The notes under the pieces are model-generated. The model was not told where the DNA came from. It saw only the letters and a list, made by a program, of their open reading frames with translations, and ran no database searches. Position numbers and translations under genes: made by a program. This document shows, piece after piece, positions 25,446-38,712 of a stretch of DNA of 64,000 bases. Source of the DNA: Octopus vulgaris (Eukaryota); contig OX597833.1 of NCBI GenBank assembly GCA_951406725.2, positions 72,664,001 through 72,728,000 on the forward strand, given 5' to 3'. Positions within the stretch are counted from its first letter, which is position 1. The number at the start of each line of letters is the position of its first letter.

Positions 25446-26982
25446 ATATGGATACACACACGCATACACATTCAGTTATGACTTAGTATTGTAAACATTA
25501 TCGACCCATCTATGCATACATACACACACGGACTCATATTTATGTTGATGTATGCGTGTGTTTATATGTGTGTGAGAATATGTGTATATGTATGTGTTTG
25601 ATCATGTGTGTGTGTATGTGTGTGTGAGTGTGCGAGTGTGTGTGTGTGTATGTCGGTATGATAAATTCAATGACTTCTTTCTCTAACATGTTATCCTTGT
25701 TTCTTTTCCCTAACCAATCCTGTTTCCGCAGCTATCGAGTCCTGTTCCTGTCTCACACCTTCTTATCTCGTCAAGTTGTTGCATATTAATCTATATCGCA
25801 CAATATCTCACTCATTTGTTCCAATCTGCATTTACTTTGCTTTTTTTTCTCTCTGTGGGGAAGTCGGGGGTTGTACTAATGTCAGCGACCCTTGCATCTG
25901 TATTAAGGAACCTAGAAAAGAAACTGGATTACACAGAATCACCGTAATTTACTAGATTTCACTTCGAGGAATCGCTACCTGACCCTTAATACAGAAATCT
26001 TGAAGCTCGCGTGACGTTTACAATTGGAATATATTTCTCGATGTTCTGTGGTCTGAGACAAACCTCCAGGGCAAAGCACTGTGACGCTGCATCTAGTATC
26101 TAAGGGTGATATGCCTGAACGTTTTCATCTTTCTTCACTGTGTGGTTAAGAAGTTCTCACCAGAACGACGTGATTTCGGGTTCAGTCCCGCTGCATGACA
26201 CGCTGGACAAGAATCTTCCAGTTACGGCTCCGGACCGACCAATGATCGCGTCTTTTCTTTTTGCTGAGTCAGAAAGAAAAGCCTGTCGAAGGGTTGATCT
26301 TGCTGTGACCCTTAGAGGATCAAGTTATTCGGAGAAAGTTGAGATGTTGTACAGTTATTTAAATTTCTCTATCAGAAGAGACGCTTATCTTTCGAAAAGG
26401 ATGCTGGCTTGGGTCGATACAGCTTGGCAGCACCAGTGCCGTGGCAGTTGTCAGAAGCTCAAAAATGCCAGAATAAATACCGCAAGGCACCGCGATTGAT
26501 CCTTCCAACGGTTCTTACCAGTCTGCCGGCCCCATTGGTGTTTGTTTATCGACATCGAGAAGACCAAGGACAAAGTTGATCCGGGCGGGACTCGAACTCC
26601 GATCATTCACAGAATTCCGAGAGAGTGAGAGGGATAGAGAGAGAGGGGGAGAGAGAGAGAGAGAGAGAGAGAGAAAATGAGAGGATGAGAGACCAAATAA
26701 GACACAAAATAAAATAGAAATTTATTTTATTTTCGCTGTTTTTTCTTTTATTGTAAGGTGGATTGTATTTTTATTGATCTATTTATTTATTTTACAAGAG
26801 AAAGGCTTTTTCGCCATTCTTCAATCAAATGAGATACAAAAGAAAAAAAAATACTCAAAAATGAATTTATTGTCCCCGTCACGAATCTGAGAAAGGGGGG
26901 AGGAGAGTGTGTGGAGAGAGAGAGAGAAAACTGGTGCAACTACTGCAGTGGTGGTCTCGGTGGTAGTTCATGTGGAAGTAAA

Positions 26983-27046
<64 letters not shown>

Positions 27047-28320
27047 ATAGTAGTAGTAGTAGTAGTAGTGGTAGTAGTGGTGGTTGTGATGGTGGTGGTG
27101 GTGGTAATTGTGATGGGAGTGGTGGCTGTGGTGGCGGTAAGAGGAGCTGAAATAGAAGGGTTCCCAAAACCGCATCAGTTTTTGAAGCCATCACAATGTT
27201 GTTGTTGTTGCTGTTGTTGTTGTTGTTGTTTAAAACTGGTATCATATCTTCACCAAGCAGACCGCTGTAAACAAAGGCCAGCCATGACCATCACGCAGCA
27301 ACACACAACGGATTCTCCATCGTCACACATAACTGTGTGAGTGTGTGTGTGTGTGTATGACGGGCTTCTTTCAGTTTCCATCTACCAAATCCACTCACAC
27401 CGGTTTTGTCGGCCCGAGGCTATGGTAGAAGACACTTGCCCAAGGTGCCACGCAGTGGGGGTGAACCCGAAACCGTATGGCTAGGAAGCCTAGATTCTTA
27501 CCACACAGCCACGCCCATCTGGCCTGCATATTCTGCCTGTTGTATGATCAAACTGAACTGATCCAGTCTCTCACACCTATCCTACAATGTCAATCTAAAA
27601 ATCAGTGACAGATCGATGTCCTTTCATGATCAGCTGAAAACTTTGTGAATAAATAAGACTTACATTTAATGGAGTGATATGACTGCTAAAGGGTTAAGAT
27701 ATCTCACAGCAGGATCGAACCTGTGATCTAGTGGTTACAAAGTGAACTTTATAATGAATGACTTAGCCATGCATGTGTCCACAGAGCAACTGCATAGAGG
27801 ACTCCTCACTGGTTGCTGGTTGATTTATTGACGGCAGAACGAGTGGTTTGAGAGGAATATAGCTGCTATTTTTAGCAAATTCACTGGCTAAGTATGGATT
27901 CCTTCTAAATTTAAGGAGGGAGGGTGTGAGTATATGAGAGGTCGCTAGAAATAGTAGCCAAATCTTTATCAGATCAGACACACTAGCAGAACAATGGAAG
28001 GACATGTTGAATCAATGTAGTCTAGGATATGGCAAAAGGCAGAATGGGTACGGCTGGAACGCCGGATGCTGGGTTTAAACATCAACAGCAACAACAGCAA
28101 TATAAAGGGAAAACGGTAAGAAGGTGCGTCACTCGATTCGCAGGAAATAGCAGCCAAATCTGCCCTTTAAATCCCAGCTTTCTCGCAGTCCTTACCTAAT
28201 GTAACCCTACAAACCCCTAAAACAGATGGGACGGTCATTGCTGGATCGCCTTCCATCACATCTGTAAGTTGACTCGAGGCTCAACACCAACAAATAAGAA
28301 ACATCCCCACCCCTTAGGGA

Positions 28321-28599
28321 TTAACCCGTAATTTATGGGGTCTTTTGGACATTTTCCTATTTCATGCCTTCGTTCACAGAGCTTGCGAGGAACCGCAAAC
28401 GCTGCTGGTTCGATTCCTGGCCTGGAATGTGCATTACCTCCCTGGGGAAGCTACTTTACTTTTTGTTGCTCCAATTCACTCTTGCGTAATCTTGCAACGG
28501 ACAGTGTTCGGTTTAGTGGGGCGGGAAAGGGGGGCAGAAGGAGTATGGCACCACCCCCGGCGCTTACATGACATAGGAACCCGGATAAAGTCCGGTTAA
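28321..28599. mobile_element. Possible TTAA-flanked (piggyBac-like) MITE
   Basis: Begins ttaacccgtaatttatgggg and ends cccggataaagtccggttaa: imperfect terminal inverted repeats bounded by TTAA. Confidence 0.35.
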
Positions 28600-28863
28600 A
28601 TGAGCCTGTTGACCCCTGACTGACCAACAGACTGAGACGGGGACAGTGTCCACAGCCTTTCCATCCTCTCCCAGGCTGGTGGGATTGATGCGGTTTGTAT
28701 TAAAGTTGAATATTTATTATCAGACCTGTAGGGGGGGGAGGAAAGGTTACGAAAGAAGGTGAAGAGGTTATGTGGTCAGGGTGGGCCTGGATGGCAAGGG
28801 TATTCAGGTATCTAATTCAGAGGAACAGAGACTGTTGTACAAGGAACAAAATAAGTGGAGAGG

Positions 28864-28905
<42 letters not shown>

Positions 28906-28994
28906 GAGGGGAGAAAGAGAGAGCAAATCTGAGAGTTCGGGGCTGTTGTATGTTGGTGAGTTATGGGGAGAAAAGAAGAGGAGAAATCGTTTTT

Positions 28995-29225
28995 ATTTCT
29001 TTATTGCCCCCAAGGGGCTACAAACAGAGGGGACAAGCAAGGACAGACAAAGGGATTAAATCAATTACATCGACTCCAGTGCGTAACTGGTACTTAATTT
29101 ATCGACCCCGAAAGGATGAAAGGCAATGGCGACCTCGGCGGAATTTGAACTCAGAACGTAACGACAGACGGAATACCGTTAAGCATTTCGCACGGCGTGC
29201 TAACGTTTCTGCCATCTCGCCGCCA
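28995..29225 (-). mobile_element. tRNA-derived SINE, family 1
   Basis: Reverse complement of the 7878-8103 element. Confidence 0.85.
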
Positions 29226-29434
29226 AAGAGGAGAAATCGTTTTGGTGTCAGAAGAAGCAGGAGGAGGGTGGTGGTGGGCGAGGGAGGGAATAGGGTGAAG
29301 GGGGGGGAGTATCTTGTTTGGACGCGTCCACACCACTCGGACATCCCATTGCAAGGGAGATAATCAACAAGGGAACAGGACGAAGGCAAGCGGAGAGAGG
29401 AGGAGGGGGAAAAGCCCGGTGGAGTGTGTTGCTG

Positions 29435-29501
29435 TCAGTTCTGTGCTTGATGGCGTTTGCTTGGAGTCTCTTGAGTGGTTTTAACAGAGGCCGGACAGCG
29501 T
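29435..29501 (-). CDS. Candidate terminal coding exon of bestrophin (RCPASVKTTQETPSKRHQAQN*)
   Basis: (TTC)n-cccAG acceptor. Phase 2 matches the donor at 34276, and the frame is open to TGA at 29435-29437. No homology support. Confidence 0.4.
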
Positions 29502-30224
29502 CTGGGAAGAAGAAGAAGAAGAAGAAACAAAACGATTTTTAATACAGAAAAAGAAAATGAAATAAATAAGAAAAGAGATTAACGAAACAAATTTAAAAGT
29601 CAAAATCTCAAAAGAAAGAAAAGAATAGTTATAAGAGTAATTTGGAGGCAAAAGTTTATGAAGTAAATTCATATACCGTGGGAGAGAGAGGGGGGCGGAG
29701 AGAGAAGGGGGAGAGAGAGAGTGGGTGGAGAAAGAAGAGGGAGAGAGAGGATGAGGGGAGAGAGGGGTTGGGGGGAAGAGAGGGGAGAGAAAGTGGAGAG
29801 AGAGGGTGGGGAGAGAAAGTGGGAGAGAGAGAGGGTGGGGAGAGAAAGTGGGAGAGAGAGAGGGTGGGGAGAGAAAGTGGGAGAGAGAGGGTGGAGAGAG
29901 TAGTAACGTTTGATAATTAAAGGAAAATTTTTTTTTTCTTTCCGACGAACGAACGAAGGGCTTCGCTGGAAATGTTGGTTTGTCATCCCTCTACGAAATA
30001 AGGTTTCATGCTCTGTGAACCGTCCAGGAGATGTAGACTTATGCTGTAGGGTCACTGAACCTTCCCAATGTTTATATTTATAGGAAATCAGAAATGGAAA
30101 ACAAAACGATAAATTGAACAATTATAAATTCAATTCAATTTAAATATTCTATACAAACAAATGTGCCACATCTCATAAATCACAGCTGTATATATATATA
30201 TGTATATATATAATATATATATAC

Positions 30225-30561
30225 TTTATTTAAAGCAGCAGAAAATTCAACAAAATCTGTTACTCTGAGTTTCTCGTTGCCGTTCATCAGACAGTTTTTG
30301 CTAGAATGGAACCGATATATCAATTCAATCTAGGCTCTTACAAACGCTACACCTTAAAAAAAAAATGGACTTGTTTGATTGGCCCTTTGGACTTGTTTGA
30401 TAGGGCCAATCAAACAAGTCCATTTTTTTTAAGGTGTAGCGTTTGTAAGAGTCTAGATTGAATTGATATATCGGTTCCATTCTAGCAAAAACTGTCTGAT
30501 GAACGGCAACGAGAAACTCAGAGTAACAGATTTTGTTGAATTTTCTGCTGCTTTAAATAAA
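30225..30561. repeat. Near-perfect long inverted repeat (162/160 bp arms, 15 nt loop), TA-flanked, probably Penelope-derived
   Basis: 30225-30386 is the reverse complement of 30402-30561, apart from one substitution and a 2 nt difference in an A-run. Confidence 0.95.
30486..30535 (+). ncRNA. Minimal type-I hammerhead ribozyme motif (mirror copy at 30251-30300, minus strand)
   Basis: caaaaa-ctgt CTGATGA a-cg-GCAA-cg-a GAAA ctc-a-gag TA acag-a-ttttg: core boxes, stem I, GNRA-capped stem II, short palindromic stem III and a GUA cleavage triplet. There is an A.A mismatch at the base of stem II. Confidence 0.7.
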
Positions 30562-30634
30562 TCATATTACTCTACCACTGGTATTTGAGTACTCTTTTTT
30601 CCATCTTGTTTCACATTTATATGTTTACTCCGGT

Positions 30635-30704
<70 letters not shown>

Positions 30705-32633
30705 GCTCGGATGTATTCGGACATGATAAGACCTTCCGCTGCGGAAAGAGTTCTGATAGAAAATTCTCCCTCGAAACATTTGTGAAAACACATTTTAGGC
30801 TGCGAATGTTTTCATTGAATCGTAAGACGAATGCATTTCTGCATCCTTTTTATTTCGTCAGCTTCCAAAAGTAAATTCACCCTTCACAGCCTGGTAAGAA
30901 AAAAATCATTCTTATTAAAGTAACGTACGGTTACATATGCTGATGTGCGTAAAGCTTGGTTAAGCTAGAATTAAAGGAATATCGGCAGGAAACAGTTCTG
31001 GATAAAACATTTTTAGGTTTGTACACACACACACACACACACACATCAATTAAAGGTAATGTACCTCATTAAGGGATCATAAATCGATATTGTTACATAT
31101 TGTTTATTTTCTTAATATTACCTTAATATTACCCTCAAGCCTGCTTCATAGGATATTAACCTCCTGTTTATTTAATGGAATGTGGTTTGTTGGAAACCTT
31201 TTAAGATCCTTCACTATCTAATGGGTTTTTTATTTTATTTTTAAATTTTGGTCTTTTACCTTAAAGGCTTGAAATAAATTTTCTTCGGAGATGAACGGAT
31301 TTAATTTGTATTTTCTCTTTCCATATTATTCTGAATTTGCTATTTATACATTTACTGAATTAAACTTTATCGCATTTTAATTAAAAGCATAAATAATAAT
31401 GAGTAAAGATTGTTTGCCAACATAACATGGCAGTCCTGGTTTAGCAAGAATGTTGCTATAATTTAGCCCCAGTAGACAACATCTCCTGCTGGCTTTTTAT
31501 CACTAATCTTACTTCTTAAGAGCTAGACCATCAGAAAAGTTTTACACTGTTCCTTGATGTGGGTATATACTTATTAATAATTTACTCACTAATTTTGCTT
31601 CAATTCGATTTTGAGCGGCGTATCAGTCTGACGGACGGATTAGTGGTGTCATCTAGCAAAATGGCGCCAGCCGAGCCTACACACACTCAGTCTCGAGCCA
31701 CATCAATGGACAGATCTCGAATAAAGTTGCATAGATCGCTAACCAGTCGAAGTGTGTGTGTGTGTGTGTGCAAACTTAAGGTCACTTCAAATATGTAAAG
31801 ACAACTGCAGTTTTCGTGGAAGAAAATTTCCGCTTATGACATAATGGTGTTAAAACAGTGTAGTCAGCTCAGAGCCGCCACTGTGGGATTCTTGGACACA
31901 TTTCAGACTTAGATTTCTTCAGCAGCAGATACTAAAAAGAGCAACTCTGAGTTGACTACAAACCTTTCTTTTTTTATAGTAAATCAGTCAATATTATTCA
32001 ATAAAGACGAATATTTGCCGCCAGACAGGAAAAAATTCGTGAGTAGGAGCTGTATGTATGTATGTATGTATGGATGGATGGATGGATGGATGGATGGATG
32101 GATGGATGGATGGATGGATGCATGCATGCATGCATGCATGTATATACATATATATTTGTATGTTTGTCTATGTGTTTATATACTCATGTACATGTATATA
32201 CATGTATATATAATGATCCTATATGATAAACAGTAATAACAATAGTTTCTAATTTGGGTTGAAGTTCATCAATTTTGAGGGGAGGGGCGAAGTCGATTAA
32301 CTCGACTCTGCGACTAATAATACTAATGAGTTTATTTTGTAGATTGTTTTAGTGGGACCACAACTAGCCGGAAAAGGGTTACCGAGGGGGAGAGAAGCGG
32401 CACCGTGTGTTTAGCAAGGAAAGATAAGAACGAAAGGTGGAAATACGGGAGACAGACGGGAGAGAGAAAAACAGGGAAAAAGATAGGAAAATGGACAGAG
32501 AAAAGGGAGAAGCAGCAATGGCGGAGGGAAGTTTCGAAAAGCAGGGAAATAATTTACACACACACACACACATATATGTGTATGAATATATATATATATA
32601 TACGTGTATATGTATTGATTCATACATATATAC

Positions 32634-32710
<77 letters not shown>

Positions 32711-32791
32711 CGTGTGTGTGTGTGTATGTGTGTGTGTGTGTGTGTGTATGTGTGTGTGTGTGTGTGTGCATGTGTGTGTGTGTGTGTATAC

Positions 32792-32822
<31 letters not shown>

Positions 32823-32826
32823 TGTA

Positions 32827-32873
<47 letters not shown>

Positions 32874-33135
32874 ATGTGTGTGTGTATATATACATATGTA
32901 TGTGTGTGTGTATATATATATATATATATACGGAGAGGAGAGTATTTGTATGAGATTCATTTGTTCAGGAATAATTCCCCGTTCTTTCTTCTATGAAGGT
33001 TTACAACCATCATTAGAAGGGAAATAACTTGCAAGAACTGTTAGTATTACCTAAAGTACCACTGATTATTTCCCTTTAGCACTTATATTTGAATCTAACC
33101 TGTCCAGATGCAGCAGCAGCAGCAAGAACATCCCA

Positions 33136-33376
<241 letters not shown>

Positions 33377-33549
33377 GCTTGCTAGCTAGCTAGCTAGGTA
33401 GATAGGTAGATTACTGGCTAGCTAGTTGCCTGTCTGTCTGTCTTTCTATTTTTAAATAGGTGTGTGCGTGCGCGCGCGTGGTTGATTATATTTTGGATGC
33501 GTCTGTAAAATGACGTCTGATGTAAGCAGGAAGGAACATCAAAAGTGTG

Positions 33550-34222
33550 GATGCGAGAGCGATGCCAGGGCAACGCCAGAACGATGCGAGAGCGATGCTG
33601 GAGAAATGCCAGGGCAATGCAAGAGAAATGCCTGGCAATGACAGGGCAATGCCAGAGCAATGCCAAAGCAATGCCAGAGCAATGCCTGGGCAATGACAGG
33701 GCAATGCCTGAGCAATGACAGGGCAATGCCAGAGCGATGTCAAAGCGATGCCAGGGCGATGTCAGGGCAATGCCAGAGCAATGCCAGGGCAATGCCAGAG
33801 CAATGCCAGAGCAATGCCAGGGCAATGCCAGAGCAATGCTTGGGCAATGACAGGGCAATGCCAGGGCAATGCCAGAGCAATGCCAGAGCAATGCCAGGGC
33901 AATGCCAGAGCAATGCTTGGGCAATGACAGGGCAATGCCAGAGCGATGTCAAAGCGATGCCAGGGCAATGTCAGAGCAATGCCAGAGCAATGCCAGGGCA
34001 ATGCCAGAGCAATGACAGGGCAATGCCAGAGCAATGCCAGAGCAATGCCAGGGCAATGCCAGAGCAATGCTTGGGCAATGACAGGGCAATGCCAGAGCGA
34101 TGTCAAAGCGATGCCAGGGCAATGTCAGAGCAATCCCAGAGCAATGGCAGGGCAATGCCAGAGCGATGTCAAAGCGATGTCAGGGCAATCTCAGAGTAAT
34201 GCCAGAGCGATGTCAGAGCGAT
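33550..34222. repeat. 11-bp minisatellite, consensus GCAATGCCAG(A/G), about 60 units
   Basis: Tandem units with recurring variants (gcaatgcttgg, gcaatgacagg, gcgatgtcaaa). Confidence 0.95.
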
Positions 34223-34276
34223 AGAATGCGGCGAAGCGTTTGTTGAAGCCGAAGCTGACTGATCTCACATACTTAC

Positions 34277-35335
34277 GTCTTATTCACAATGGCGGAGTTC
34301 GGTGTCGGAGGCGGTTGTGAATGGACCAGCGATGATGATGATGATGATGGCGGCGGCTGCGGCGGTGGTGGTGGTGGTGGTGGCCGCGCTGCAGCGGTCG
34401 TTAACATTGAAGGGCGAGGCACATTGAGGGTCGGCGCTCCGCTGGGTGCTTTGTTGATCGCCGGCGGCGGCGGGGCTGGCTGCGACCGACTGGCCTGAGC
34501 TCGTTTGTCCTTTTGGACGACTTCTGGCTGAAAGTGAACCGTCGGTTGATATTGCTTAAGACGTCGCGGCGAGATCGGTTCCCCGCCACTTCGGGCTTTT
34601 TCCGTGGCGTGTTTGAGGTCGGGTTGTTTTATAAGGGTCGGCGGAAGTGGAAGTGGAGGGGGCGGGGGAGACGGTTTTGTCTTGCTTTGCATTTGAACTC
34701 GCGACGTTGCTGACTTCGCTGCTGCTCTTTCGGGTAGGTTTTTATCCACCCGTTGTTGTTCGATCTGACACGGACAAGAGCAAGGACAAGCACCCACGGC
34801 AGCAGCAGTAGCAGCAGAAACAGCTGTAGTAGTTGAAGTAGTAGTGGTGGCAGTCACCGTCGTTGTTGCCATGGTAGCCGAAGCTGTTGTTGTAGTAGCA
34901 GTATCAGTAGTCGTGGAAGGGGTGCAGTGACCCCGTCTCGTGGCTGCCTTAAACGCTCCCTCGTTGTCATCGCCGTCATCGTCACCTTCATCACCGTCGT
35001 AGTACTGGTCCCTGATACGGTCCCTGGTGTCGCCTTCCCCCTCTCCGTACTCTTCCATCTCTTCGCTGTCCGACGGACTGTCCACACTGTAATGGTGGCA
35101 CCTGCGGGCGCGGCGTCGAAATAAGCGGCGCTGCTGCTGACGAAGACGCGCCGTTTCCTCCACGCTCGGACGTTGAGCGTTGAGGTCCGAGTCCGACAGC
35201 CAACCGGTCATCCTCCGGTTGCTTTTCCTGACCGCTGGCCTCTGCACTAGAATCGGCGGTAAGGCCACATATTGTTGACCGCTCTTCGGCCGCGCTTTTC
35301 GCGTCGCTACGCCTCCACGTCGCTGCGCCTTGGTT
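34277..35335 (-). CDS. BEST: Bestrophin C-terminal tail exon (Arg/acidic/Thr/Pro-rich, ~353 aa)
   Basis: tttcacAG acceptor at 35336, phase 2, in frame with ORF 34273-35268. GC-rich, coding-like. Ends at a GTAAGT donor (34276) or a read-through stop (34273). Assigned to bestrophin by strand and phase continuity. Confidence 0.7.
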
Positions 35336-35369
35336 CTGTGAAACGGATGTTAAGTTAAATTATATAATG

Positions 35370-35423
<54 letters not shown>

Positions 35424-36091
35424 GAAGAAAATTTGAAGAAAGAAGGAAAAAAATAATGATAACATTACTTATAATAACAATAACAATGACGGACTTGGTT
35501 AGCATTTGAACTGGATCATATACAGTGGATTTGGCTTTCTATTTGACCCTAAGCCTGTTTTCAGACCAACAAACCTGATTGTGTTGCAAAAAATGATTCT
35601 GACAAAACATCTTTACTCGTAGAAATGTCAATCGCAGCAGACGGCAGCATTTCGGTAAAACCATTCGGTAAGTGAAATGAATATAAGGAGCTTGAATTAG
35701 GGGTCTTTGAAATATGGTATATAAGAACAACAACTCTACCTGGGATCATCGAAACTTAGGGAACAATTATAAATGGTGATCTTAAACATTATGACCCAAA
35801 ACCAGGAAACTCAAAAGAACCAGAACCACGAAGAATTGTTCTCATGAGTACCGGCCAGAGACTGAGAAAAACATTGTCAACCTGAAAATACTGGATTCTC
35901 TTAAAACTTTCAAAACTGAAATGCTGCAAATTTAACAGAATCTTGCTTCTCAGATTCTGGTCTCCCCCCCCCCCTCACAATATATCATTGCTAATCATAA
36001 ATAACACCCGTAGGAAAACGACCAACGTGCTGTTACTTGAGGTCTCTGGGTGAGACTTAGAAGAGCGTGTACACAACGAAGCAACACCACC

Positions 36092-36144
<53 letters not shown>

Positions 36145-36176
36145 AAACAAAAACAAAAACAATAATAATGATAATG

Positions 36177-36240
<64 letters not shown>

Positions 36241-37763
36241 TTTTCAAATTTCGCCACATGAGCAGCAGTTTTCTTTGGGTGGGGGCGATGAGTCGATTGC
36301 ATCGACCCAGAGTTCAACTGGTACTTATTTTATCGACTCACAAAAGGATGGAAGGCAAAGTCGACACCAGAAGCATTTGAACTCAGAAGAGGGCGACGGG
36401 CGAAATACCGCCAAGCATTTCTTTCAGCTCAGGATTCTGCCAGATCACCACCCTAATAATAATAATAATAATAATAGTCGCGCAATGACATCACCATGTC
36501 GCACAAATATGGTTGTGATGCATGTGCCTAGTGTACCCTTATCAGACGGGTAATCATGATGGGTATACTGGGCTTCGTATATATAACTAATGTCCGACTT
36601 TCAAAATAGTAGCAGAAACGAAGGTACTTAGGATACATTCGTCAACTTTAGCAGACGGACATAAGTCAAATAGAATGGAAAGAAACAGAGGCAAAGAATG
36701 GCCTTCGTATGGTCAGTAATTTCCTGAATTGTGAAGAAAAAAAGTTTCTCTTGCTTGGATACATAAATTTAGGCTGGTTACAGAAAATCGGACCGTGTAG
36801 GGCAAACGATGCATCAACAGTTGCGATACAGGGAAGGCTATGGCCAGTAGAGTAAAACTGATATTTCAGATTCATTTCTACGAATGTCTCCTGAGTAGAG
36901 CATTTCCTATGAATAATATATCACATAATATATGAGGGAGCCCCACGAAGCGGCGACGACATTTATTTGGAAACAAAATAACTTGGTAAGGCTCTTCTGT
37001 GTACGATTGCGCTTCAGATTTCAACTGCTGCAAAAGATTTTAAAAAAAGACATCTCTCCGGTTCTCATATGAACATCGAGGGTCTTGGAATATGTCTTTG
37101 TGAAAATACTCAGGAATTTTAACAAACAACTCGACTACTCGACCGCACATAGTTTACTTAACTTTATCCGCTAAAAACAAAAACAAAAGTGTTTTAATTG
37201 TTGACAATAACAATAAAAAATGGCCGTTGTGCATAAGCAATCTGAAAAGCTAAGAAGTTATATAAATTACGTCCAAGGTAGACATAGGCATGCTTCAGAA
37301 TATAACAATACTATGAGCTGTAAATATTCCAAGATATTCTCACGCAACATTTGTTTAAACTTATTTGTTTCACCCCGAAACATTCGTCTATCAATGTTTT
37401 CTATGTTTTACATTGAACCAACTTTTTTTAATGTTGAATACTTCAAGACGGCGTTCACCAAGATGTACCTGGCCCTTGTTTCCTGGGGTAAAATATACGA
37501 AGCCCAGTATACTCATCCTGACTACTCGTCTGATAAGGGTACACCAGGCACATGCATCTCAACCATATGTGCGCGACATGGTGATCTGATATCAAGATAA
37601 AGGGCGCATGACCTTGCAGGTGGGGCCCAGCTAGAATTTTCTTCAGGTCGAGTAGCCCATCCTGCTCAAAAGGACCCTGAATATAGGACCTTATAAGCTG
37701 AACAACAAAGTTGGAAGAGAGCACTTGGTCTCTCTTGACAGTAACGCCGATTCTCTCTCTCTA

Positions 37764-37822
<59 letters not shown>

Positions 37823-38016
37823 CACTCTCTTTCGCTTTCCCAACGCTATCATTTATGATTTTTATATTCTAGCCGTTAAAAATGGTGTATTGTATTACAC
37901 ACACAAATGCTCGTACACATGCATATACTCTAACATGTTTATAGGTTTATGTATATTTATGTATGTGTGCGTATACATACATACATACATACATACATAC
38001 ATACGTATGTACGTAC

Positions 38017-38091
<75 letters not shown>

Positions 38092-38292
38092 CATATATAC
38101 ACATACATATATATACATATACACACGCTATTACAAGGGCTACGACAATTTTAAATAACGCCAAGAAGAATCAAACTGCCACCACTGCCACCACTACTAC
38201 CACTACCACCACCACCACCACCGCCACCACTGCCAAGAACAACAACAACAGCAACAACAACAACAACAACAAGAGAAAGAGAATCTACTCAC

Positions 38293-38469
38293 AATGCTGA
38301 CAAAGAATCTTCGTCAAATACTTCCGGTTCTGCAAGAACTGCTTGTTGTTGCTTTTGTAATTGCAGTTGTTGTTGTTGTTGTTGTAGTTGTTTTTGTTGC
38401 TTTTGCTGCTTTTGCAGATGGTAAAGTTGTTGTTGTTGTTGTTGTTGTTGTTGTTGCTGTTGTTGTTGC

Positions 38470-38503
<34 letters not shown>

Positions 38504-38712
38504 GCTGTTGTTGATGTTGTTGTTGTTGCGGTAGCACCTGAGTCAGGCTGGTGACGGTGTTCTGTTCCTCGATGGACGAAAGTAAGGGCGGACGAGAAAC
38601 TATTTTTGTGTAGGGTTTGTCCATTGAAGCGAAGACTTTTTCTAGTTTTTGCGAGTTCCGTCGGTTCGACGTCGTTCCTTCGCATTCTATATCGACCGGT
38701 GCTATCATAAAT
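38293..38712 (-). CDS. BEST: Bestrophin C-terminal tail exon with polyglutamine tract
   Basis: cttcAG acceptor and GTGAGT donor, 420 nt, phase 2-2. Reads FMIAPVDIECEG...LSSIEE...polyQ...EPEVFDEDSLSA. Confidence 0.7.

Noticed and set aside
33418-34224. Cys-rich repeat ORFs (CQSNARAMP / ALALPWHC) and a CRISPR-like appearance
   Set aside because: Product of an 11-bp minisatellite that is open in several frames on both strands. There are no unique spacers, no cas genes, and the context is eukaryotic.
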